49,810 nucleotides of DNA, from the NCBI GenBank assembly GCA_035686605.1, contig DASRZI010000085.1, positions 1 through 49,810 on the forward strand, given 5' to 3'. This document shows positions 17,236 through 27,782 of this stretch, in pieces (positions within the stretch are counted from its first letter, which is position 1; each line of letters begins with the position of its first letter). The position numbers were made by a program, and so were the translations under genes. The stretch is from Candidatus Zixiibacteriota bacterium (lineage in GTDB: Bacteria > Chloroflexota > Anaerolineae > Promineifilales > Promineifilaceae). Below the pieces are notes generated by a model, which did no database searches, had not been told where the DNA came from, and saw nothing but the letters and a program-made list of their open reading frames with translations.

Positions 17236-19848
17236 TCAATGATGTTCAGGATGATCCATCACCACTGAATGGCCATGATAATAGCCAAGTTGGTGCATTC
17301 GGTTGTGCAAGGATCGATGGGATGCCTGCAGAACTAGGCGCATTCTCTTATAGGCAATATCCTCAGCTCGAGTTCCAACTGAATCTAGATAGGCTTGTGC
17401 CCCTTCGATTTGCTCCAGAATTGTCAGCGCGTCAGCCGCGGCGAACATGGGTGATCCCTGGACGTGGATCATCACAGCTGAAGAGTGAGCCGCGATGATT
17501 TCTGGTTTGTCGGGGTAGTGACCACGCACCAGCAGCGCCAGCCAAGCACTCTTATCGATCTTGACAGACCAGTGTCCACTGCCGATTTCGGAGGAGACTG
17601 GTGCGCTTTCTCGTATTTCTCCGTTTATTACCAACTCAACGCGAGTCATTGGAATGGTGGCGCTGGCGACTTGCCAATGTACTTCAAGGTTACCGCCAGT
17701 GGAGGACATCTGAATTTGGCTCCCCATGGGTTGACCATCCACGGAAAACTCAAGGAGTGGGCCATAGGTGACAAAGGTTTCCGCCTGCCTCACTGCTGCC
17801 ATCCATGTCTCGTAGTTGAAGCGCTCGTTTGGATTGATCCGGGCATAGGTGCGCACTGTGCCCACCGCTGTATTGGCTGACATTTTGTCTGTGCCACCCA
17901 CAACTGGTACCGCATAACCGCAGTTCAAATAACGGTACCAATCCGAGAGAGAGTAGGGATCGATACCTGCATACAAATTCCCCCAGGAGGTCATCTCGAT
18001 TGCGTCAACATCGTCACTCACAATGCTGGCAGCGTGCTCCGCGCGCGGGTTTGGAAAATGCGGCACAACGACCAGTCCGCCTTGTTTTTTGCATTGCCTT
18101 GCCCACTCAGTCAGCAAGATCTCGATAGGATCTCCAAGGGCGGATTCATCAGGTCCACCGGTTGTCATAGGAGCGATTATCTGACCCTGGTAACCCAGCA
18201 GAGAGATATGACCCATCACATGTTGCCGGTTCTCGGTTCCTACCCGAACCAGGTATTCGCCATCACCGCCTGCCTCGAGGGAGCCCCAGGTAGTCTTGCC
18301 ATCGAAATCACCTACATCGGTCATCAACTCGCCCCACTGGCTAGCCAACAGATTTATTACGTTTACACCTTCAGCGGAACCTTCTAGCAAGGCGGAAATT
18401 GGCGACAAAAAATGGACATGGGTATCAGCACTGACCCAGCCTTTCTCGCGCCAGGGCAGGACCTTCTTTATCTCGATCGTAATCTCCTCAGTGTCAGACG
18501 TCACATCAAAGACCATGCGCCAGGGGCGAATCTCAAAGCCCTTTGACACTTCGATGTAAACCTTGCCAAGAGGTAAATTGAGGGTCGTTTCCCCGGAAAT
18601 GTAGCTGCAAAAGTGAGCGTTGTCAGTTGAGCCATTCCATGTGCCGCCATGAACAAAATCGAAACCGTTATCTTCGAACCAGGCCGGGTTGGGGATGCGA
18701 GGCCGGTCCACCGGTGCCAGGTATTCTCCCCATTCGCCGTGGACGTGGATTTTGACGGGCACAGGTTTGCCACTGACTGTATCCACAGCTCGCAGTGTAA
18801 ATTTTCGTTTTGCTGCCGCCACCGGGCGCAGAGTGGCTGTATCCTCAACATCCGAGACTTGGTCGCCGACAACCTGCTGGATGGGAACTACCTTCCCGCT
18901 TGCGAAGTGGAAGCAGGCATCAGTGTGGGCCGTATACTCTACGATTATCTCTGTTTCAGACCTCTCTGGAATCTGGTTATTGTAGCTATCAGCCCAGTGG
19001 TCATCGGGGTAAATTGGGCGGAGAACGGCCGAGATTACCTGACCCATGTCAAGTTGAATTTGCCCGAGCAGACCACCCTCGTCCATTTCTGACAAAAAGG
19101 GTTCTCCTTTGGGCAGGCAAAGACATGCTTTTTTACGCCTTTCCCATCGAAGGGGATTAGACGCACTGTTTCCTGCGGATATCGCCGACACGATAACTAA
19201 TCCGCTAGCTGGCTCAAGACGTACGCCGCTAATCACCTTCCCTGGGTGTGGATTCTCCCACGCCCACAACCAGTTTATCCAAGGTGGATTGCCTTCGCCG
19301 CCGTCTAATTGTCTGACGCGCATCTGTGATCCCCAACCCGCTGCCTGGCTTGGCCAGCCTGGTGTTGCAAGCGGGGGGACGGGAAACGGTTTTCGATGCC
19401 CAACCGCCTCGAAGCAATTCTCACCCCAGATACGGCGAAAAGCGCCAATCTGGTAGCGGCGTCGAATCTTTACCCGTTCCTCCTCGCCGTCATGGTAGAG
19501 CAGCACATAATCAGCCGCATGCTCACCTAACTGCCCCTGGCCACGCATCGGCGAGATAAACCCGTTGGAGTCACTAACGGGCGGCCTGAGATCCGACGTA
19601 TGGGCAAAAACGAACCATTTGGCCAAGGTGGGTACAAAGTGGACAGTAACAGGCTCGTCGGAGATTGCTATAACATTATCAATATGTAAGGGTATTCCCC
19701 AACTGACGGTCTCACCCCGCGGCGCGCGATCCAAAGCGTCTGCCATCTCGTTTGTAAGAGTTAGCGTGCCCAGATCTTCTAGGGCAAAATTGCCCTGAAA
19801 GGTTAAAGCTGAAAACACTTCCGAACTGGGACCATCTTTCGTATTCAT
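17236..19848 (-). CDS. Large uncharacterised protein: about 450-aa unknown N-terminal region plus a CehA/McbA-like (PHP superfamily) metallohydrolase domain
   Basis: GWVSADTHVHFLSP (H-x-H metal motif after a beta-sandwich-like segment). Also MGHISLLG, VVPHFPNP and GGTDKMS. I chose the ATG at 19848 (MNTKDG) because of a GGGAAGG SD; the tracked ORF opens at 19908. Confidence 0.85.
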   Translation of the reverse strand: MNTKDGPSSEVFSALTFQGNFALEDLGTLTLTNEMADALDRAPRGETVSWGIPLHIDNVIAISDEPVTVHFVPTLAKWFVFAHTSDLRPPVSDSNGFISPMRGQGQLGEHAADYVLLYHDGEEERVKIRRRYQIGAFRRIWGENCFEAVGHRKPFPVPPLATPGWPSQAAGWGSQMRVRQLDGGEGNPPWINWLWAWENPHPGKVISGVRLEPASGLVIVSAISAGNSASNPLRWERRKKACLCLPKGEPFLSEMDEGGLLGQIQLDMGQVISAVLRPIYPDDHWADSYNNQIPERSETEIIVEYTAHTDACFHFASGKVVPIQQVVGDQVSDVEDTATLRPVAAAKRKFTLRAVDTVSGKPVPVKIHVHGEWGEYLAPVDRPRIPNPAWFEDNGFDFVHGGTWNGSTDNAHFCSYISGETTLNLPLGKVYIEVSKGFEIRPWRMVFDVTSDTEEITIEIKKVLPWREKGWVSADTHVHFLSPISALLEGSAEGVNVINLLASQWGELMTDVGDFDGKTTWGSLEAGGDGEYLVRVGTENRQHVMGHISLLGYQGQIIAPMTTGGPDESALGDPIEILLTEWARQCKKQGGLVVVPHFPNPRAEHAASIVSDDVDAIEMTSWGNLYAGIDPYSLSDWYRYLNCGYAVPVVGGTDKMSANTAVGTVRTYARINPNERFNYETWMAAVRQAETFVTYGPLLEFSVDGQPMGSQIQMSSTGGNLEVHWQVASATIPMTRVELVINGEIRESAPVSSEIGSGHWSVKIDKSAWLALLVRGHYPDKPEIIAAHSSAVMIHVQGSPMFAAADALTILEQIEGAQAYLDSVGTRAEDIAYKRMRLVLQASHRSLHNRMHQLGYYHGHSVVMDHPEHH

Positions 19849-19897
19849 CCAAATACCTTCCCGGTTAGTGCATTTTCGCGGCGCTCGATAGCAGGTC

Positions 19898-21001
19898 TTA
19901 AATCTCAATCCCCAATAACTGGAGTCCGATCTCCTTTATTCGATCCTCAGTGCCTACGTACAACCAGAGGAGAAGTTGGTCAGTGCTGGTGGATCGGCCT
20001 GTCTCGCCTCCGATCGTCTGCGCGTTGCACTCCATCTCGCCAAAGCCACCCAAATTACCGTCGTCATTGTAAACGTGGATTGAGTGGCCACGCGTTCCCG
20101 GAGCATCTGCAGGTTGCTCGGCGTACGTTACGGATGGATTGTTGAAAAAATTTCGTACGACCAGGTAGGCTAGATCATCGACCAATTGATTGTAATAGCC
20201 CATACGACCAAATACGTGTGCGGCCGAGTAGCCAACTTTGTACTGCCGGTCACCGGTTATCCTTAGGCGAATATGGCCAGGCAGGAGTGTTTGCAGTTTT
20301 TCATCGATGGGCTCGTAGTAGTCCGAATACGAAACATGGGGCGAAGAAGGAATCAATAAAAGACCGCCTGGATTTAACTGAATCAGATTCCATGCCGCAG
20401 CCATAAGATCATCTCGCTTGCTTTCAGAGATGGACAGAATCTGCTCGTAACCGGCAAAAAGAACCTCTTCCGTGAGATTCTCGTAGTTGCCCAGGTATCG
20501 CAGGGGGTCTGAGGCCGGATGGATTAACCGTTCCAAGTGTAATTCTTTATTACCTGCCCCTAGATTAAATGCCCCCAATACCATATCTTGTTCTAAACGC
20601 CATTGCCCAGGCTGCGTCTTTTCAAGCCGGTAGCGGCCGGGATCTACCTGGTTCGGCAAGTTATAGGTATTCCAATAGTCTGTGCGATCGTGGACATTAT
20701 ATTGAATCTCAGGGGCAATCCATATCCGGTCACCACCCAGGTTCCAATCACCTGAGTCAAGGAAATCCTGAAAGGATTCCGGTTGTGCAAAGGCGTCGTT
20801 GGTCCAGAATAGGCTCTCACCACTAGGAACAATATCAAAGGGTAAATATGGTCCAAAGATGCGCCCTCCATACTGAGATATCACTATCGATACACCGTTT
20901 TGCAACTCTAGCTTAGCATAGGCAAATCCTTTTTCCTCCAGGCAAGCGGTGATCTGGTAACGTGTGATTTTGTTGTTCATACCGGACCCATTTCCTCTCA
21001 A
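19898..21001 (-). CDS. Hypothetical protein, possibly with a galactose-mutarotase-like fold
   Basis: Long ORF in an operon context. NLGGDRIWIAPE and GGRIFGPY are reminiscent of mutarotase-like DUFs, which is weak evidence. Start is either TTG at 21001 or ATG at 20980. Confidence 0.8.
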   Translation of the reverse strand: MRGNGSGMNNKITRYQITACLEEKGFAYAKLELQNGVSIVISQYGGRIFGPYLPFDIVPSGESLFWTNDAFAQPESFQDFLDSGDWNLGGDRIWIAPEIQYNVHDRTDYWNTYNLPNQVDPGRYRLEKTQPGQWRLEQDMVLGAFNLGAGNKELHLERLIHPASDPLRYLGNYENLTEEVLFAGYEQILSISESKRDDLMAAAWNLIQLNPGGLLLIPSSPHVSYSDYYEPIDEKLQTLLPGHIRLRITGDRQYKVGYSAAHVFGRMGYYNQLVDDLAYLVVRNFFNNPSVTYAEQPADAPGTRGHSIHVYNDDGNLGGFGEMECNAQTIGGETGRSTSTDQLLLWLYVGTEDRIKEIGLQLLGIEI

Positions 21002-21011
21002 TCAATGGCGC

Positions 21012-22463
21012 TTAAGCCAAGCCCTTTTTCTTGTAGAAATGCCGGGCTTCATTAAGAATTCTGTCTAGCTCTTGATCCTGTTCTTCGGGTAGATCATGCT
21101 GATAATTGGCCAGCATCTGATCGACCATTTCCTTGGCATAGTCCAAGGCATTCTTTTTCCCGGCTGCCTCCCATTCTGGGTAGGTTAACTGGTCTGAAGC
21201 AACCGGCACATATTGTTCCTTCTGCCACCATTCCCTGGTATGAGCCTCGCCGAGGAAGAAGCCCGGTATAGGTCCTATCTGCTGGATGAGATCGAGGGCT
21301 AGCGTATCATCGCTCACCTCAACGCCCTCGAGAAACCGGCCAATCATACCCGCTACGTCATTATCCAGGATTGACAGTGCAGGGTGATAGCTCAGCTCGC
21401 CAGTCAGTCCTCCGACATAGTTGATGATGCTTGCGCCTGATATGGCTGTGAGCACGGTCGCGATAGATTTTTCATATCCGAGCTGGTAGTCGATCGATTT
21501 CGAATTGCCTGGTCCGCTGCTGCCAAACATAGTGGGGATGTTGTACTTGCCTCGCCACATCTGATTGTACATGACATTGAATAACGAGATCCCGATGCGA
21601 CCAAATCCAGGAGCCCCGGTTCGCATGTTCTGGGGAAAGACGAAGGCATTGGACAAGATTGGCGTTCGAGGCCGGACGAGTTGGACCAGGACAATACCCG
21701 ACATCACCTCGGCGTTGCTACTGACCATCCCGGCGGCTAGAGTGGCCGGTCCTGTTCCACCCAATACGGCCCCACACCCTACTTCCACAGGGTATCCGGC
21801 CTCGGCCACGTCCCAGGCACAGTTGATTGCATCACCATACCAGGTTAGTGGTGGCGCTGACTCCATGGCAGCAAAGACATCGACACCTAAAGCCTGGGCC
21901 ATCTGGATACCCCAGATGTGACTATCCTCCGCTTGTCCAATCCGAACTGGCTTTCGAAGATATTTCATCTGGCTCCAGCAACTGGTGGGCAAAAGCATTG
22001 AAGGCGCAACCCCTTCTAGCTCGCAATAAGGGGTATATGAAGGTAATAAATGAACATTCTCCAGATCGGCCAGGATCTTGATCGCATCGTGGTTGTCCTG
22101 GATGGTTGGCGTTCTAGGTTCCCAAGTGTCGATATCGATACCCCGCATGCCTGGGAAAGCTGCCCAGTGCAGTGTTCTACCTCCTATGCTCAAATCATAC
22201 TTAGGCGTTCTTCCTTTAAGATGAAAAGTGCTTGGGCAGAGGCGCAGACACTCTTCCACCAGGCCCGGAGGGATCCGCACTCTTCTTGTTTCATGATCTA
22301 CATTGCATCCATTCTTCTCAAATAATTTAAGAGCCCTTTTGCTTTCGAACCGAACCCCGGTGTGCTCTAAAACATCGAGGCTACCACGATGGATCGCCTC
22401 CACTTGCTCTTCAGTCATTATCGTTAGTGGCTTAAATCCTTGGGTATAACCCTTTGCTGGCAT
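21012..22463 (-). CDS. MttB-superfamily (trimethylamine methyltransferase-like, non-pyrrolysine) methyltransferase, paralog 1
   Basis: N-terminal hallmark LTIMTEEQVEAIHRGSLDVLEHTGVRFESKRALKLFEKNGC. Full-length ORF with no in-frame TAG. AAGGAG SD. Confidence 0.9.
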   Translation of the reverse strand: MPAKGYTQGFKPLTIMTEEQVEAIHRGSLDVLEHTGVRFESKRALKLFEKNGCNVDHETRRVRIPPGLVEECLRLCPSTFHLKGRTPKYDLSIGGRTLHWAAFPGMRGIDIDTWEPRTPTIQDNHDAIKILADLENVHLLPSYTPYCELEGVAPSMLLPTSCWSQMKYLRKPVRIGQAEDSHIWGIQMAQALGVDVFAAMESAPPLTWYGDAINCAWDVAEAGYPVEVGCGAVLGGTGPATLAAGMVSSNAEVMSGIVLVQLVRPRTPILSNAFVFPQNMRTGAPGFGRIGISLFNVMYNQMWRGKYNIPTMFGSSGPGNSKSIDYQLGYEKSIATVLTAISGASIINYVGGLTGELSYHPALSILDNDVAGMIGRFLEGVEVSDDTLALDLIQQIGPIPGFFLGEAHTREWWQKEQYVPVASDQLTYPEWEAAGKKNALDYAKEMVDQMLANYQHDLPEEQDQELDRILNEARHFYKKKGLA

Positions 22464-22496
22464 TTTCTTGCTCCTTAATCGCAGCTACGTTTTGGA

Positions 22497-23141
22497 TCAA
22501 ACTGGCAAATTTAACATTTTCTTTGCCAACTCCACCGCTCCCGGTGCTGTTGATCCATAGCCGTCGGCGCCAATCATGTCAGCAAATTCCTGCGTAATAG
22601 CGCCACCACCGACCATAATCTTTACTCTGTCTCTAAGCCCGGCTTCCTTTAAGGCATCGATCACCTTGCCCATCTGAGGGGCGGTAGTGGTCAGGAGAGC
22701 TGACAATGCCAGAATGTCGGCCGTTTCTTCCCGTACTGCCTCGACGAAGCGGGAAGCCGGCGTATCAGCGCCCACATCCACAACGCGGAATCCTTGAGCT
22801 ACCAACAGGACACCGACCATCGACTTGCCGATGGTATGAATATCGCCCGCCACAGTTCCGAGGACTATGGTACCAAGGCTCTTTGATTGCTGGCCTCTCT
22901 TGCGAATCTCTTCCTCCAGGATCGGCATGGCTGCCTGGCTTGCGCCGGCCGCGCCCACTAGGTCAGGTAGCCAGAGTGTTCCCGTGGAATAACCGTTCCC
23001 TACATAAGTCATAGCCTCCGAAATTGCATCCAGACCTTCAAGGGGATCTAGACCCTCGTCCACAATCGTTTGCGCACTGGCCGCGGCCTTGTTCTGGTTG
23101 TACTCAATCACTGCTGATTTTAGATCATCAAACACACTCAT
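22497..23141 (-). CDS. Corrinoid (cobalamin-binding) protein, MtbC/MttC/MtgC-like
   Basis: B12-binding DxHxxG motif (GDIHTIGKSMV), SALLTTT, MVGGGAI. An N-terminal helical B12-binding_2-like cap. GGAGGA SD. Confidence 0.9.
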   Translation of the reverse strand: MSVFDDLKSAVIEYNQNKAAASAQTIVDEGLDPLEGLDAISEAMTYVGNGYSTGTLWLPDLVGAAGASQAAMPILEEEIRKRGQQSKSLGTIVLGTVAGDIHTIGKSMVGVLLVAQGFRVVDVGADTPASRFVEAVREETADILALSALLTTTAPQMGKVIDALKEAGLRDRVKIMVGGGAITQEFADMIGADGYGSTAPGAVELAKKMLNLPV

Positions 23142-23190
23142 TTTCCCTTATCCTCCTCTAAAATTCTTACTGTAAAGCCTTGAAACTTCA

Positions 23191-24645
23191 TTACATCAAA
23201 CCCTTCTTGTGATAGTAATGCTTGGCTTCCTCCAATATTCTGTCGAGCTCCACTTCTTTATCTTCGGGCAAATCGTGCTCATAGTTGGCGATTAGCTCGT
23301 TAACCCTTTCTTTGGCATTATCTATGGCGCTTTTTTTCCCCGCCGCCTGCCATTCTGTGTACGTCAGTTGGTCAAAAACCTGGGGTACAAACTGTTCCTT
23401 GTGCCAGTTTTCTCTGGTATGTGATTCGCCCAGGAAAAAGCCTGGGATGGGTCCGACTTGTTGGATCAGATCGAGGGCGAGCGTCTCTTCATTCACATGA
23501 AGCCCTTCAAGAAAACGCCCAATCATGCCCGCCATGTCGTTGTCTAACACACTTACCACCGGATGGTATGTCAATTCGCCGTGCAGACCGCCAATAGCAT
23601 TTATGATTGATCCGCCGGAGAGCGCCCCGATGGTACAGGCCATAGCCTTCTCGTAGCCGTACTGGGCGTCAGGCAACTTTGAAGCCATGGGACCACAGGC
23701 GCCAAGCAATGTTGGTAACCCATATTTGGCTCGCCACATCTGAGTATAACCCGCCTGGAACAGAGAAATACCAATTTGCCCAAAGCCAGGCGCACCGGTC
23801 CTCATATTCTGCGGAAAGACAAAACAGTTGGCGATTGTTCCTAACCCTGGGCGTAATAGCTGCACCAGCACAATACCCGACATCATCTCGGCGTTACTGG
23901 CTACTAGGCCGCCGGCAAAGGTGGCGGGACCTGTACCACCCAGCACAGCGCCACAGCCGACCTCGATAGGGAACCCGGCCTCGGCATGGGCCCAGGCGCA
24001 TTCTATGGCATCTCCGTACCACGTCAGCGGCGGTGCGGATTCGAAGGAACCAAACACATCAATATCCAGCACCTGTGCCATCTGAATACCCCACAACCAG
24101 CTCTCTTCAGCCTGTCCCACCCGGAACGGCTTGGTAAAGTATTTCATTCGGCTCCAGCAACTTGTCGGCAGCAGCATTGCTGGCGCCACACCCTCCAATT
24201 CACAATAAGGCACATAGGAAACAGACAGGTGCACATGCTCCAGGCTGTCCAGGACCTTCACTGCATTATGGTTTTCCTCGATTGTTGGTGTCCGTGGCTC
24301 CCAGGTGTCGATATCTACGGTCCTCATTCCGGGAAACACACAGAAGTAGGTTGGATTGTTGGCACTCAGATTGAGATCATTTTTTGGATTTCTGGCCCTA
24401 AGATGAAAGCTCGTGGGACATCTGCGCAGGCATTCCTCAACCAATCCGGGAGGGAATCTAACGCGCTTATTTTCAAAATCGACCTTGCAACCATTTTTTT
24501 CAAATAGTTTGAGAGCTTTTTCGCTCTCGAACCGAATGCCGGTGTGTTCCAGAACATCGAGACTACCCCGATGGATGGACTCCATTTGCTCTTCAGTCAG
24601 TATTTCGAGTGGTCTGAAGTTCCTCATGAATCCTCTAGCTGGCAT
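23191..24645 (-). CDS. MttB-superfamily methyltransferase, paralog 2
   Basis: Collinear with paralog 1 and roughly two-thirds identical by eye (LEILTEEQMESIHRGSLDVLEHTGIRFESEKALKLFEKNGC). ATG at 24645 follows GAAGGAG; the tracked ORF begins at a TTG at 24651. Confidence 0.9.
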   Translation of the reverse strand: MPARGFMRNFRPLEILTEEQMESIHRGSLDVLEHTGIRFESEKALKLFEKNGCKVDFENKRVRFPPGLVEECLRRCPTSFHLRARNPKNDLNLSANNPTYFCVFPGMRTVDIDTWEPRTPTIEENHNAVKVLDSLEHVHLSVSYVPYCELEGVAPAMLLPTSCWSRMKYFTKPFRVGQAEESWLWGIQMAQVLDIDVFGSFESAPPLTWYGDAIECAWAHAEAGFPIEVGCGAVLGGTGPATFAGGLVASNAEMMSGIVLVQLLRPGLGTIANCFVFPQNMRTGAPGFGQIGISLFQAGYTQMWRAKYGLPTLLGACGPMASKLPDAQYGYEKAMACTIGALSGGSIINAIGGLHGELTYHPVVSVLDNDMAGMIGRFLEGLHVNEETLALDLIQQVGPIPGFFLGESHTRENWHKEQFVPQVFDQLTYTEWQAAGKKSAIDNAKERVNELIANYEHDLPEDKEVELDRILEEAKHYYHKKGLM

Positions 24646-24797
24646 AATCAACGCTCCTTCTTCTTAAAATATTAATGTCTGTAAGTCGGGTATAGATAGA
24701 GCCTATTCATCAAGTTTTTCCAACAGGCGCCACTTATTAAAACACGGTTACTCCAACTTTTGACTCATTTTTTTATCGACCACTTCTACCGATCACA

Positions 24798-25349
24798 TCA
24801 GACCTTCTCATCTCTGATTGGGTAAAGAATTTTTTCAGGCTCCAATCGTCCCTTGGGTCGTTCGATCAACTCGAGAGTAATGCCAATCTTGTCTTCGGTG
24901 TCCAGGTACGCATAGTGACCATCACCATCGAGCCCAAACCCTGCCCCATCTTGGGTCATCATCAAACCTGCGGCTTCTGCATCGGCGATTGCCTTTTCCA
25001 TATTATCGACCAGCACGCCAAAATGATGTACGCCGTAGCCATGCTCGTTGACAAAATCTGCGTAGACAGTGTCACCTTCTACCATCTCAATAAGTTCGAT
25101 GCGCATCGGGCCTAGATAGGACAACGCAATCCGCATTTTGTACTCTGTGGGTTGTCCTTGGTAGGTCATGCTTTTCAACAGGGGCTTTCCGTATGTGTAG
25201 AAATGCCATTCCTCAATTCCGAACACGCTCCAGTAGTTCTCGACGGCTTTTTCCAGATCTTCAACTATGATTGCCACCTGGGCTATGCCGTTCTTTAGGA
25301 AAGGCAACGTTTGTTGAATATTCTTCTCAACCATTGAGATATGCCTCAT
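24798..25349 (-). CDS. VOC-family (glyoxalase/dioxygenase/epimerase-like) protein
   Basis: [24 protein letters not shown]... and [21 protein letters not shown] are typical of paired beta-alpha-beta-beta-beta VOC modules. An alternative ATG at 25334 overlaps the upstream stop. Confidence 0.8.
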   Translation of the reverse strand: MRHISMVEKNIQQTLPFLKNGIAQVAIIVEDLEKAVENYWSVFGIEEWHFYTYGKPLLKSMTYQGQPTEYKMRIALSYLGPMRIELIEMVEGDTVYADFVNEHGYGVHHFGVLVDNMEKAIADAEAAGLMMTQDGAGFGLDGDGHYAYLDTEDKIGITLELIERPKGRLEPEKILYPIRDEKV

Positions 25350-26400
25350 CAGCGTAGAACACTGGCTTAAGGACCTTTCCCTCGAGCATCATTGTGGCGC
25401 CTTTTTTAAACTCTGAGAGAGGGAACCGGTGGGTAATCAGCTTGTCTCCCGGAATCCGCCCGGAAGCCAGGAACTTTAAAGCCGCCCGTTGGTGGCGGGG
25501 AGCGAAAGCTGTAGTACCGATAATCTGTAATGCCCCGTAGTGGACGATGTTCATATCCACTCCTGGTTTGCTATTGTCTTTTGGCAGGCCGCCAAAAATA
25601 AGAATCCGCCCGGCTTTTCTGGCCATCTCGACGGCCTGGACCGAGGCGATAGGCGCTGGCGTAGCAGTGATGACCACGTCCGCCCCTTTCCCGCCAGTCA
25701 ACCTGCGGACTTCCTGGACCAAATCGGTTTCGGCCGCATTGATGGTGGCATCTGGTCCAAAAGGTTCCGCCAGTTTCAACCGTTCACTCACGATGTCAGC
25801 GATATAGATCCTGTCTGCCCCCCTTGCTCTAGCGAGGCTAATGTGCGTGCATCCGATGGGTCCGCTGCCAATGATTACTACGGTATCTCCCAGTCCGATC
25901 TGTCCACGTTCTTGGGCGTTCATACAGGAAGAAGTTGGCTCAGAAATTCCAGCCAAGGCCGGATCCAATCCCTCAGGTGGGCGGTGGATGGTTCCCAACC
26001 TGACGCACTCTTCAGGAATGGCCAGGTACTCGGCAAGGCCGCCAGGCCACTTTTGGGCGATCTCAACATAATTCTCACAGAGCTCATAGGCCCCATCTAT
26101 ACAGAAATCGCAGATTCCACAGTAGGCATTGGGTCCCACAGCCAGCCTCTCGCCAACTTCCCATGATCCCTGATACTTGCTGCCGACCATGGCCACATCC
26201 CCGCAGATCTCGTGGCCGATGATCCACGGGAAGGTCACATTTCTGTGACCACCCCGCAATGTCCTCAGGTCTGAGCCACACAAGCCACAGGCGATCACCC
26301 TCAACAATAAGCCCGCCTCCGGGCACTCTGGCACCGGTACATCCTCCACGTCAAACTGCATCGGTGCCCGTACTACCACTGCTTTCATCGTTTTCTTCAC
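25327..26400 (-). CDS. Zinc-dependent medium-chain alcohol/polyol dehydrogenase
   Basis: [16 protein letters not shown], a structural-zinc Cys cluster ([15 protein letters not shown]) and the Rossmann motif IGSGPIG. Confidence 0.9.
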   Translation of the reverse strand: MKKTMKAVVVRAPMQFDVEDVPVPECPEAGLLLRVIACGLCGSDLRTLRGGHRNVTFPWIIGHEICGDVAMVGSKYQGSWEVGERLAVGPNAYCGICDFCIDGAYELCENYVEIAQKWPGGLAEYLAIPEECVRLGTIHRPPEGLDPALAGISEPTSSCMNAQERGQIGLGDTVVIIGSGPIGCTHISLARARGADRIYIADIVSERLKLAEPFGPDATINAAETDLVQEVRRLTGGKGADVVITATPAPIASVQAVEMARKAGRILIFGGLPKDNSKPGVDMNIVHYGALQIIGTTAFAPRHQRAALKFLASGRIPGDKLITHRFPLSEFKKGATMMLEGKVLKPVFYADEAYLNG

Positions 26401-26438
26401 CGTTTTCCCCCTCCTATGCTGTTTACGCTGAACACCGT

Positions 26439-27734
26439 CTACGCATCCATCTTGCGTTGGGCATCCTGTATCTTTCGCAGCTCGTACACAAACTTGGAAC
26501 TATCCGGTGCAAAGTTTACCTCAGTCAGCATTTCACCCTTCTTGATATCCTTGAGAACCTTGCCGCCTGGAGCCAAACCTAGGGGAATCGCTCCCTGCGC
26601 ATGGGCGTCATCATAAAGATAAGTGCGGCCGTAGATGTCTGAACTGCCAATCTCCCCAGCGATTTCTCCCACTCTTAAGTCACGTTTGGCGATCGTCGCC
26701 ACTTCTGACACCATCCGCCTGGAAATGATGGCACTTTCACCGTAGATGGCGGCTTCGGCTATCGATGTAGTTGTCTCGATGCTGCACAAATGGAAAGGAC
26801 GGTACAGGGTATAGTACGGCCCATCCCCCATAGAGTAGAACTTCATGTCTGCCCTAACGACGCGATCGGGCGAGCTGATGATGGCGAACACGCCCGGCGC
26901 CACCTTACCGGTGGAATAGTCAACGCAGCCCCGGCGGCCGAGGATGCCACCATCTTCCTTGGGGATAAACACCTTGTTTAAATCTGGCACGTCCACCCTA
27001 AGTCCATGCATGCCTGGCATATCTGGCACCAGGCCAGTGGCGTTAGACATGGCAGCAAGTTCGACCATAGTCTTGGAGCCATCCTTAAATGCGGACAACA
27101 TCTTTGGATTCATACCCTTACTCTCGGCTTCTTCCCGACAAGAGTCGGGCGTCGCATTAAAATCAATGACATTATTCTTGCCTTTTCCCAGGCAGACGAC
27201 TTCAAAACCCATTGTTCCGGCAAGGTTGTATAGCATCTTGGCCACGCCCGGCTCGTCGCCAGAGGCGGCCGTATAAACACAACCGGCCTGCTGTGCCAGA
27301 CGGTTCAAAAGTGGACCCACCGTCACATCGGTCTCTACATTCAGCATTATGATGTGTTTTCCGTTAAGAATGCAATTCCAGGCCACTCTGGCGCCAACCT
27401 CGGTAAGTCCAGTTGCTTCTACTACTGCATCCAGGTTCTCTAGTTTCGCCAACATAACAGCATCTTCAGTAACCACGTACTTTCCGGCGAGTAGTGCATC
27501 TTGGGCTTCAGTAACCTTGTTCGTAACAATGATTTCTGACTTAGGAACGCCGATTCCCGCCAGAGCAGCCAACGGACGGCTGACGTCGATATCAGATATG
27601 GCTATAGTACTCATCCCGACCGTCTGATTAGTAACGTGGACCAATCCCGTGCCCATCTGGCCACAACCGACCAGGCCGACGCGGATTGGTTTTCCCACTG
27701 CTTCTAATCGTTGTAAGTGTTCAAATATTTCCAT
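26439..27734 (-). CDS. NAD(P)-binding oxidoreductase with a C-terminal SAF domain (COG4091-like, homoserine-dehydrogenase-like)
   Basis: Rossmann motif [14 protein letters not shown]. The C-terminus [10 protein letters not shown]...[15 protein letters not shown] is SAF-like. Confidence 0.8.
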   Translation of the reverse strand: MEIFEHLQRLEAVGKPIRVGLVGCGQMGTGLVHVTNQTVGMSTIAISDIDVSRPLAALAGIGVPKSEIIVTNKVTEAQDALLAGKYVVTEDAVMLAKLENLDAVVEATGLTEVGARVAWNCILNGKHIIMLNVETDVTVGPLLNRLAQQAGCVYTAASGDEPGVAKMLYNLAGTMGFEVVCLGKGKNNVIDFNATPDSCREEAESKGMNPKMLSAFKDGSKTMVELAAMSNATGLVPDMPGMHGLRVDVPDLNKVFIPKEDGGILGRRGCVDYSTGKVAPGVFAIISSPDRVVRADMKFYSMGDGPYYTLYRPFHLCSIETTTSIAEAAIYGESAIISRRMVSEVATIAKRDLRVGEIAGEIGSSDIYGRTYLYDDAHAQGAIPLGLAPGGKVLKDIKKGEMLTEVNFAPDSSKFVYELRKIQDAQRKMDA

Positions 27735-27782
27735 TATTGCTATCTCCTAATATGGCCTCCAGGGCCGTTGCTTTGCTCTAAA

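Noticed and set aside
21012-24651. Pyrrolysine (in-frame TAG) in the MttB genes
   Set aside because: Both ORFs are uninterrupted over ~485 codons, so these are non-Pyl members of the family.
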